From the NCBI GenBank assembly GCA_049903315.1, contig JBNGBT010000004.1:128001-192000 (forward strand): a DNA stretch of 64,000 nt, in the 5' to 3' direction. The notes under the pieces are model-generated. The model saw only the letters and a list, made by a program, of their open reading frames with translations, was not told the DNA's origin and did no database searches. Both the position numbers and the translations under genes were made by a program. Shown here one piece after another: positions 56,481-64,000 of this stretch. Position 1 is the stretch's first letter. Each line of letters opens with the position of its first letter. Origin of the DNA: Candidatus Cloacimonadota bacterium (GTDB lineage Bacteria; Cloacimonadota; Cloacimonadia; JGIOTU-2).

Positions 56481-57104
56481 ATGGACGAACAGTTATCAAT
56501 TGGTAACATTATCTCGAACGGTTTTTCCTATGGATTAAGAAACATTCTCAATCTGCTTGGAGCAATCATCTTATGGATCGTCACTATTTGGATACCTTAT
56601 CTCAATATCGGAACAACGATCGGTCTCGTGGGATTGGTTGTGCATATGAGCAAGGGAGAGCCTTTTTCACCAACAGTTATTTTCGATTCAAAATATCGAA
56701 AGAATTTTGGTGAATTTTTCCTGTTGGGCGGTTTTTTGATGATAGGTATTTATTTTGCTTCGATGCTCATGATCATTCCCGGTATCGTATTGCAGGTTGC
56801 CTGGGGACAGGCATTCTACCTTTTCCTTGATAAAGGTATTAAGCCACTCGGTGCACTAAGAAAAAGTAATGATATTACTTATGGCAAGAAGTGGAACATA
56901 TTCCTCGGAGAACTGATTCTTATGCTTATCGTAGGCATTATCTTCGTAATCCTCGTCACGATCTTTTATAAGATATGGGGATTCCTTGGCGGTCTCTTCA
57001 CATTTATTGGTATTATCGCCATTATTGCCATTGCTATGGGTGTGAAAGCGTATATTTACAGCGTACTTTCCAAAGGTGTCGAGTCTGAAGTTGAAACTTC
57101 ATAA
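56481..57104 (+). CDS. Integral membrane protein (DUF975-like)
   Basis: Several TM helices, IIPGI...ALRKS...T.GKKW; AGGAG RBS before ATG 56481. Confidence 0.65.
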   Translation: MDEQLSIGNIISNGFSYGLRNILNLLGAIILWIVTIWIPYLNIGTTIGLVGLVVHMSKGEPFSPTVIFDSKYRKNFGEFFLLGGFLMIGIYFASMLMIIPGIVLQVAWGQAFYLFLDKGIKPLGALRKSNDITYGKKWNIFLGELILMLIVGIIFVILVTIFYKIWGFLGGLFTFIGIIAIIAIAMGVKAYIYSVLSKGVESEVETS

Positions 57105-57129
57105 GTAGAATTTCAATAAACAAATTTAC

Positions 57130-57159
57130 AGAGAGGAATGAAAGTTCCTCTCTTCTTTT
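57130..57159 (+). terminator. Intrinsic terminator
   Basis: AGAGAGGAA-TGAAAG-TTCCTCTCT followed by TCTTTT. Confidence 0.75.
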
Positions 57160-57209
57160 ATTTGCAACCTCCATGATCGAGTGTTCCTTAAAAAAATTAG
57201 ATAAAAATA

Positions 57210-57284
57210 TGCCACGAAGACTCTAAGGCACAAAGAGCTTAAAGGAAAATAAAATGGACTTAGTGACTTCATGTCTTAGCGGCA
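57210..57284. repeat. Gene-less imperfect inverted repeat of the GxxExxY-flank type
   Basis: TGCCACGAAGACTCTAAGGCACAAAG ... CTTAGTGACTTCATGTCTTAGCGGCA; roughly 9-bp periodicity. Confidence 0.6.
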
Positions 57285-57309
57285 ATCTTTCTAGTTTATT
57301 TAGGTAAAT

Positions 57310-57921
57310 ATGCAGAATAATAAAATCACTCATCTCTTTTTTGATCTTTCGGAAGTGATTATCAGGGGATTGGTCGGCATTGATGATGCGCTTGGTGAAC
57401 TGCTCGGTAGAAAGTCTGAAAAGTTACTTCATACATTTGGAGGAGAGGATTTAATAGCACTCTGCAAGAATGATATAACCGAGGATGAATATCTAAAGAA
57501 CATCATTACCAATGAAAATTGGGATTGCTCGTTAAAAGAACTCAAAAAGATAATCAGAAATAATTTTCATGTCGTAATGGGAAATATGGACGAGATAATT
57601 GAAGAATTATCTGGCAAGTACACACTCATTCTTCTCAGTGATCATGCACGGGAGTGGATAGAATATATTGAAGAATATCACCGGTTTTTAAGCAATTTTT
57701 CTATGAGAATGTATTCTTTCGAGACAGGTCATCTCAAGGATGAAACTCACAATTTTCAGAAACTTCTCACTGATCTGAATATTTCATCTGATTCATGCCT
57801 TTTCATCGATGACAATAAAGAAAATATAACTGTGGCGAATCAGTGCGGTATAAAAGGAATTCTATTCAAAGATCAAGATCAATTGATAAATGAATTAAGG
57901 GAGTTCGGAGTAGTTATATGA
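57310..57921 (+). CDS. HAD family phosphatase
   Basis: LFFDLSEV, LLSD, CLFIDDNKENI. Confidence 0.85.
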   Translation: MQNNKITHLFFDLSEVIIRGLVGIDDALGELLGRKSEKLLHTFGGEDLIALCKNDITEDEYLKNIITNENWDCSLKELKKIIRNNFHVVMGNMDEIIEELSGKYTLILLSDHAREWIEYIEEYHRFLSNFSMRMYSFETGHLKDETHNFQKLLTDLNISSDSCLFIDDNKENITVANQCGIKGILFKDQDQLINELREFGVVI

Positions 57922-59291
57922 ACAAGGATACCTCCTATGCTATTCTGAAAGACCTGTTTTATGCAGGAGTCCGGGCAGTTGATCCTTCTGATCTTATTCA
58001 GGATATTCTCAGGTTAGAGAAAAACACACTTATTTTACAAAGGCAACTTGATTTTAGATTGATCAATCTCGATAAATTTGATGAAATACTGGTTATCGGC
58101 GCGGGGAAAGCAAGTGAGCAGATGGCAGCAGGAATACATAATATCCTGGGTGATAGGATCAGTGATGGGCTAGTTGTCACAAAATATGTCCGTTATCCTC
58201 TTATTGGAGCGATCCACATTCTGGACGCAGGCCATCCATTGCCGGATAAGTGGAGTGTCGAATGCGGCATTGCGCTGCAGGTTAAAGCACATCGGGCAAA
58301 TGAACGAACATTATTTATTTCCTTGATTTCAGGGGGTGCTTCAGCATTGGTGGAAGTGCCGCGCATCGATAAGGTCGGTAATATCACGGTCGCACTCACG
58401 CTTGAAGACATTATTGCAACGCATTCTGCACTTATCCTGAGTAGGGCTTCTATAGATGAAATCAACTGTGTACGCAAGCACATTTCAATGATAAAAGGCG
58501 GGTATCTCTCTGCATGGATGTATCCTGCAACTGCACTCAACTTGATTTTATCCGATGATGAATTCGACCGCATCGATGTTATCGGTTCGGGATTGACCAC
58601 GTATGATAAAACCTCTTTTGAAGATGCGCTCCAGATAATTGAAAAATATGATCTGGCTGAGAAGATGCCAGAAAATGTGATGAGAATAATTCAATGGGGA
58701 GTTGATGAGAAAATTTTGGAAACTCCTAAAACCAACACACTTGTTTTTGATAAAACAGAGAATGTCATTATCGGTAATAATGCACTTGCATTGAACGCTA
58801 TTGAAGAGCATGCTCTATCACTCGGATTTAACGTAGAAAGATCTACTGATTGGATTAAAGGAGAAGCGCAGGAAGCAGGGCGGAAATTATTTCATAAAGC
58901 ATTAAAACTCAAACAAGGGAAATCTGCTGATAAGCCATTCATTATCATTTGTGGCGGCGAAACGACTGTCACGATACGAGGAGAAGGAAAGGGTGGAAGG
59001 AACCAGGAGATAGCGCTTGCATTTCTGGATGAGCTGAAAAAATTCGGAACAAAAGCAGAAGGCATTTATTTTCTTTCAGCCAGCACAGATGGAGATGACG
59101 GACCAACTGATGCAGCAGGAGCATTTGCTTCATCAGAGATTATACATATTGCAGAAATGATGGAGCTCAATACAGAAGAGTATCTTCGCAGAAATAATTC
59201 TTATGCGTTCTTTGAATTGTGCGGATATTTATTCAAGAGCGGAATAACAGGCACGAATGTGTGTGATGTGCAATTGATTCTTATTACATAA
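57918..59291 (+). CDS. Glycerate 2-kinase (DUF4147/MOFRL family)
   Basis: GAGKAS, AGHP.PD, LISGGASAL, RKHIS.IKGG, GGETTV, GGRNQE, TDGDDG, TGTNVCD. Confidence 0.92.
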   Translation: MNKDTSYAILKDLFYAGVRAVDPSDLIQDILRLEKNTLILQRQLDFRLINLDKFDEILVIGAGKASEQMAAGIHNILGDRISDGLVVTKYVRYPLIGAIHILDAGHPLPDKWSVECGIALQVKAHRANERTLFISLISGGASALVEVPRIDKVGNITVALTLEDIIATHSALILSRASIDEINCVRKHISMIKGGYLSAWMYPATALNLILSDDEFDRIDVIGSGLTTYDKTSFEDALQIIEKYDLAEKMPENVMRIIQWGVDEKILETPKTNTLVFDKTENVIIGNNALALNAIEEHALSLGFNVERSTDWIKGEAQEAGRKLFHKALKLKQGKSADKPFIIICGGETTVTIRGEGKGGRNQEIALAFLDELKKFGTKAEGIYFLSASTDGDDGPTDAAGAFASSEIIHIAEMMELNTEEYLRRNNSYAFFELCGYLFKSGITGTNVCDVQLILIT

Positions 59292-59904
59292 TCCCGATTC
59301 TTTTAAGTTCCTTTACCATTTGTTCATAACTATTCACGTGAATGATTTTCATTCCGATATTCGCAGCTGAGAGAATGTTTTCATGATTATCATCCAAAAA
59401 TACAGTCTCTCCAGGTGGAAGCTGCAAGTAATCCAGCACACATTTGTACGCGTTATGCTCTGGCTTGCGATAGCCTATCTCATTTGAAGAGAATATTTTC
59501 TCAAAACAGGGGAGGATCGGTTTACACATTTCAAGCCACATCGGCACATGGATTTCATTCGTGTTGGAAAGGGCGACGATCCTGTATGACATACTGAGTT
59601 CCTGTAATAGTTCTGGAATATTGCTTCTGATTTGTATGAGGATTCTTTTCCATCCTTCGATGAAATCATCTTCCGAAATATCTATCTTCAGACATTTCAT
59701 CACGTGTGTCCTGAAGATTTCCGAACTGATCTCTCCTCTCTCAAACTGTGCATACGTCTCATCAAATGGAAAGGCGACATATAAATCCATTGGTTTAATT
59801 CCGCATATATCAGCCCAGTAATCGCAGGTATTTTTTGGTGAAATATCAATAATGACATTCCCAAGATCAAAGATGAGGGCTTTATACTTCTGAGGAGGTA
59901 TCAC
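59284..59904 (-). CDS. HAD family phosphatase (YihX-like)
   Basis: IFDLGNV, LSNTN..H, RKP, FLDD...N; convergent 8-bp overlap with glycerate kinase. Confidence 0.9.
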   Translation of the reverse strand: MIPPQKYKALIFDLGNVIIDISPKNTCDYWADICGIKPMDLYVAFPFDETYAQFERGEISSEIFRTHVMKCLKIDISEDDFIEGWKRILIQIRSNIPELLQELSMSYRIVALSNTNEIHVPMWLEMCKPILPCFEKIFSSNEIGYRKPEHNAYKCVLDYLQLPPGETVFLDDNHENILSAANIGMKIIHVNSYEQMVKELKRIGIM

Positions 59905-60503
59905 TTACTTTTTCTCTTGAATCTGAATAGTCGGGGATACGCTTTCATCTTTGGTAGGATTGGGTGTTTTTCCTTTTTAGGTATTGCCCATTCACTCATC
60001 ATGCGCACATCCTCAAAAGTGTACAGTGCATTCTCGTTATATTTTCTTATCGCTGCAACAACAGAACGTATATCTTTTCTTTTTATAGGAATAAATATGA
60101 TCTCGACCTTGCCGACATTCGCCTCGGCTGGTACGTGTGTCACACGGTAGCCCAAGTCGCGGAAATGAGTGATAAGCTCTTTTGCTTTTTTCATCGTGAT
60201 AATACGAAGAAGCACAATACCCATAGCAAGTTTCTGTTCAAGAAAGATGCCGACAAAATTACCCATTGCAAAGCCCCCTGCGTAAGCGATATAATTTGTA
60301 ACATTGGTAAGGTTTTGCATGATTTGTCCGATAACGACAAGCCATATAAGTACTTCAAAAAATCCGATGACTGGTGCTATATACTTCATGCCCCGATTAA
60401 CAAAAATGATGCGAAGTGTGCCGAGGGACACGTCAATGACGCGTGATATAAAAATTAAAAGAGGGAGTAATGCGTAAGAAAAAAGTCCTGATTCAGATAA
60501 CAT
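59901..60503 (-). CDS. DUF2179/UPF0316 membrane protein
   Basis: RVIDVSLGTLRI, GFFEVLIWL, YAGGFAMGNFVG. Confidence 0.85.
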   Translation of the reverse strand: MLSESGLFSYALLPLLIFISRVIDVSLGTLRIIFVNRGMKYIAPVIGFFEVLIWLVVIGQIMQNLTNVTNYIAYAGGFAMGNFVGIFLEQKLAMGIVLLRIITMKKAKELITHFRDLGYRVTHVPAEANVGKVEIIFIPIKRKDIRSVVAAIRKYNENALYTFEDVRMMSEWAIPKKEKHPILPKMKAYPRLFRFKRKSK

Positions 60504-60511
60504 AATATTTC

Positions 60512-62284
60512 CTATAAATTTTTTAAGAAGTGATCAATCGATCTTGCCGCACGGTGTCCATCTGCAATTGCGCTAATAGCATCTTTCGTTTGATTCGCAA
60601 TGTCACCTCCTGCGAATATTTTACAATCCGGAGTCCGGCAAAATTCATCAATCTTTAACTGATTTTTTCGTTTAAAAAGAGTTTCATATTCCATCGGAAG
60701 AAAGGAGAAATCTGCACCCTGTCCGATAGCAGAAACAACCATATCAACAACGATTGAGTATTCTTTTCCTTCGATCAGCACCGGCTTTGGTCGTTTACCT
60801 TGTCCCTGATCAACCATTTCTGCCAAGCCATAAATAAAATTCAAACGGTTATCTTCTGCTTGTTCTATTCTTAAAGGAACTGCCTGAGTTATAAATGACA
60901 CTTTTTCTCGCTGTGCATCAATAATTTCTTCTTCATCAGCGGGCATATCCTCGATCCTTCTTCTGTAAAGCACTGTCACTTCTGCACCAAATGTTCTCGC
61001 GGTACGGGCAGAATCCATTGCGACATTTCCACCGCCTATGACAGCTACCTTTTTCCCAAAAGGTACTTTCTCTCCGCGAGTGATCTTGTCGAGTACTTCA
61101 AGTCCAGAAATATTACCGGGCAGATCTTCGCCGGAGATTTCCATTTTATATGGAACCATTAGCCCGATAGAGATCAAAACAGCATCATTTTTTTTATGGA
61201 TTTCCTGAAATGAGATATCTTTTCCAACTCGTGTATTGTATTTTATATTGATACCGAGAGAGAGTATATATTTAATATCTTTATCAAGCTGGTCATAGGG
61301 TAGCCGATATTCTGGAATGCCGTAACGGGTCATACCGCCTGCTTTTTCATTTGCTTCATAGATAGTAATTTCATAACCGAGTAACCGCAGGTAGTATGCA
61401 GCGCTCAATCCGCCCGGTCCAGCGCCGATTATCGCAATATTCTTTCCGTTTGACTGAATATCGGTTGGCATTGCTTTTGAATAGTCCCCAAGTTCAATCT
61501 GGTCTGCGAGGTAACGCTTGAGCCAGCGTATGGAGATCGCTTCACCCGTATGAGCAAGAGCACAGTCCTCTTCGCATTGGTGTGTGCACACACGACCGCA
61601 CATCGCAGGCATGGGATTTGTTTCATACATGAGTTTCAGTCCGTCTTCAATCTTATTTTCCCGGACTGCTTTTATATATCCCGGGATGTCCATGTGGGCA
61701 GGACAGGTTGCTGTGCATATTCCGCATTGAATGCAACGGTCGGCTTCTTTTTGTGCCTGTTCCTTGGAGTAACCCTTCACCATCTCAAGAAATGATTTTA
61801 CTCTTTCTTCCGGAGTGAGCATTTCCATAGCAACTCGTTGCAGATCAACCAGATGATAGTCTTCTTCTCTTTTATATCCTTTTGCAAATGAGTCCCACGG
61901 TTTTTCCTCTGCGCCGGGCACAAAACGAAAAACATCAGCATCAGAGTCTATCCACACATATTCATTGCTCATTGAGAGAGATTGTGTCGGACAGATGTCC
62001 ACACAGAGAGCACACCAGCAGCATCGTCCATAATCGATTCTGGGTCGAAGTCCACTGTCGCCTTTGTGAGTTTCTATTCCTTCAACAGGTACCATGTCAA
62101 TAGCATGGTTCTGGCAGATTGAAGCGCAGGTTCCACAGCCGATACAAGCATCCAGTTCATTCTGATGAAATCCGCGGTAACGAGGAGAGCCGGGTCTTTC
62201 TTTCAGAGGCTTTGGAACAGTAAAAGGTTTTTCGAATGCGCGTTTCCACACATAGAATGGTGCGATCCAGTCTTTCAGTTTCAT
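60512..62284 (-). CDS. NuoI-like 2x[4Fe-4S] domain fused to GltD-like FAD/NAD(P)H oxidoreductase
   Basis: RYRGFH...CIGCGTC...C, CCWCALC...CP; RCIQC..C...CP, CGRVC...CE; GAGPGG; GGGNVAMD; YRRR. Confidence 0.88.
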   Translation of the reverse strand: MKLKDWIAPFYVWKRAFEKPFTVPKPLKERPGSPRYRGFHQNELDACIGCGTCASICQNHAIDMVPVEGIETHKGDSGLRPRIDYGRCCWCALCVDICPTQSLSMSNEYVWIDSDADVFRFVPGAEEKPWDSFAKGYKREEDYHLVDLQRVAMEMLTPEERVKSFLEMVKGYSKEQAQKEADRCIQCGICTATCPAHMDIPGYIKAVRENKIEDGLKLMYETNPMPAMCGRVCTHQCEEDCALAHTGEAISIRWLKRYLADQIELGDYSKAMPTDIQSNGKNIAIIGAGPGGLSAAYYLRLLGYEITIYEANEKAGGMTRYGIPEYRLPYDQLDKDIKYILSLGINIKYNTRVGKDISFQEIHKKNDAVLISIGLMVPYKMEISGEDLPGNISGLEVLDKITRGEKVPFGKKVAVIGGGNVAMDSARTARTFGAEVTVLYRRRIEDMPADEEEIIDAQREKVSFITQAVPLRIEQAEDNRLNFIYGLAEMVDQGQGKRPKPVLIEGKEYSIVVDMVVSAIGQGADFSFLPMEYETLFKRKNQLKIDEFCRTPDCKIFAGGDIANQTKDAISAIADGHRAARSIDHFLKNL

Positions 62285-62286
62285 AG

Positions 62287-63456
62287 TTACCTCTCGATCT
62301 CAGGCGGACATGTATGCAGAGAAACCATCAGGCCGGCAAGATCTGCTATGTTTGTGCCGATCGCTAATTTTTCCAAAACAGCTATTGCATGTGTATAGCT
62401 TGGTCCGCGCACCTGTACTCGTCTTGGATATTCTGTGCCGTCAGAAACCATGTAATAGCCATATTCTCCGCGCGATGCCTCTGCACGGACATAGGTTTCG
62501 CCTGCAGGGATTTTCCAGTGAAGGGGATTTGGAATACGTGTTTGATACTCACCATTTTCCGGCATTTTATTTATAATCTGCCGTATTAATGATACGCACT
62601 GTACCATTTCCTGAAATCGCACGAAAGTTCGTTCAAGAGCATCAGATTTTGTGCCGGTTATCACATTAAAGTCGAGTTTATCATATATTAAATAAGGAGA
62701 ATCCTTGCGGATATCACGAGTAAAACCAGCAGCTCTTGCAGTGGGACCGACAATCCCGTACTCATCAACCATATCTTTTGAAATGTATCCTAGTCCTTTT
62801 GCTCGCATTTTGAAAATTGCATTATTAAGGAGCGCAATTTCTACATCATAGAGAACTTTTTCGACACCCTTCATAACTTTTTCAACATGCTCAAGAAATC
62901 CATCCGGAACGTCGCCACGCACACCACCCGGGACGATATACATATGATATACTCTCCCGCCGGTGAGTTCTTCAAAAAGATCAAGAATATAGTCTCGTTG
63001 GGCGACAGTCCACTGAGCGATCGTTCCCATTCCAAGCGCGCCTGCCTGTCCGCCGATCCACATCAAGAAGCTTGCAAGCCGAGCCATCTCAAGTGAAAGA
63101 GTGCGAAGCCATTTCGCTTTTTCGGGAACAGTAATTCCCGCAAGTTCTTCTGTAGCGGCAGCAAAGATATATTCATTCGTATCTGGCTCAGGAACACATA
63201 TTCGGCATACGATCGTGAAACACTGCAGATATTTTCTTCGTTCCATGAGCTTCTCAAAACCACGATGCAGGTAGCCGACATGCGTTTTCAGGTCGACAAC
63301 TTCGTCGCCACTCAATGTAACTTCCAGGGATATATTCCCTGTCACGCCTGGATGCTGAGGTCCCTGCCAGACCTTCAGGAATTTCTGCGAGTCAAGATCT
63401 ATGACAGGTTTACCATCCACGAGTTCGGGAAATTTTTCTCTATCTTTATCGTTCAT
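62287..63456 (-). CDS. NuoD/hydrogenase-large-subunit homologue (MbxL/MbsL-like)
   Basis: GPQHPG, GYLHRGFEK, CRICVPE, RGEYGY, RGPS, C-terminal TCPPEIER. Confidence 0.88.
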   Translation of the reverse strand: MNDKDREKFPELVDGKPVIDLDSQKFLKVWQGPQHPGVTGNISLEVTLSGDEVVDLKTHVGYLHRGFEKLMERRKYLQCFTIVCRICVPEPDTNEYIFAAATEELAGITVPEKAKWLRTLSLEMARLASFLMWIGGQAGALGMGTIAQWTVAQRDYILDLFEELTGGRVYHMYIVPGGVRGDVPDGFLEHVEKVMKGVEKVLYDVEIALLNNAIFKMRAKGLGYISKDMVDEYGIVGPTARAAGFTRDIRKDSPYLIYDKLDFNVITGTKSDALERTFVRFQEMVQCVSLIRQIINKMPENGEYQTRIPNPLHWKIPAGETYVRAEASRGEYGYYMVSDGTEYPRRVQVRGPSYTHAIAVLEKLAIGTNIADLAGLMVSLHTCPPEIER

Positions 63457-63486
63457 ATTAAAACCTCTGAATACTGTGTGAACATG

Positions 63487-64000
63487 TTACTCAGGTTCTT
63501 TATCGGGATACAATTTTTGTTTCATATATTTCTGTGGATCATAACTTTTCCTGCCCGGGCGCGGAAAGAAGGTCTCCTGCGAATATTTTAATGTATCAAA
63601 ATCTTTTCGCATTGGTGGAATGTTCTGCCAGCCCTCAAGGAGGAATGGTTTGTCAATACCGGGACTACCAGGAAAATCAATGCCGAACATTTCCTTAAGT
63701 TCCTGCTGATATGTTCTTGCCTGTGCCCAAAAAGTGTGAATTGATTCCATCACAGGATGTTTTCGTTCGATTTTTACACGTATGCCAATATCGGCATGAA
63801 GATCATAATTATGGAGTATATACGTAAGCTGGAAAATCCCATCTTCAATAAAATCAACTGCTGCAAGCATTACAAGATGAGTAAAACCTTCAAACTGCTT
63901 GAGATAGGAAATACTCGGTATTGCATTGCTCTTTTGTACAGCTACAAATACCATACTTTCTCGTTGATGCACTATATTCGACACCGGAAATCTATCAGAA
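63487..64000 (-). CDS. NuoC-like subunit (5' end beyond the window edge)
   Basis: ELKEMFGIDFPG...LEGW...PPMRKDF; frame stays open upstream of GTG 63984 to the edge. Confidence 0.85.
   Translation of the reverse strand, partial: SDRFPVSNIVHQRESMVFVAVQKSNAIPSISYLKQFEGFTHLVMLAAVDFIEDGIFQLTYILHNYDLHADIGIRVKIERKHPVMESIHTFWAQARTYQQELKEMFGIDFPGSPGIDKPFLLEGWQNIPPMRKDFDTLKYSQETFFPRPGRKSYDPQKYMKQKLYPDKEPE

Noticed and set aside
59284..59291. Convergent 8-bp overlap between glycerate kinase and HAD genes
   Set aside because: Short tail-to-tail overlaps are common and need no special explanation.
62287..63456. [NiFe] hydrogenase large subunit or canonical NuoD
   Set aside because: The C-terminal CxxC pair is absent and the NuoD RLDY motif is replaced by RICV; no nuo gene symbol assigned.

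Overview
AT-rich bacterial chromosomal DNA. The FlgD/Por-type C-terminal sorting domain at 5635-7044 suggests an FCB-group anaerobe such as Cloacimonadota (inference). Layout: (i) 1-9.7 kb: partial sugar ABC binding protein, tRNA-Asp followed by a small GIY-YIG gene and two degenerate tRNA 3'-half copies, an XRE-led envelope hydrolase operon, a TetR/secreted beta-helix pair and a TPR kinase. (ii) 9.9-20.2 kb: housekeeping block (surE, pcm, ybaB, recR, efp, rdgB, glnA). (iii) 20.3-56.3 kb: a ~36 kb, all plus-strand signalling island with 10 histidine kinases, 3 stand-alone receivers, a kinase-less sensor, a solute-binding protein and CheR/CheB, but no recognisable DNA-binding or enzymatic output domain. 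(iv) 56.5-64 kb: HAD phosphatases, glycerate kinase and the distal end of a complex-I-like operon with MBX/MBS-type signatures. The most notable signal is a composite hairpin repeat of about 65-215 bp. It is present six times in the same orientation, only at the borders of and inside the island, usually just after a kinase stop codon. It sits beside gene stubs and 5'-truncated kinase tails, and the kinases are mosaics of shared output modules with different sensory inputs. This suggests a repeat-delimited, shuffled array of sensor cassettes, but no recombinase is encoded in the window, so the mechanism is a hypothesis.
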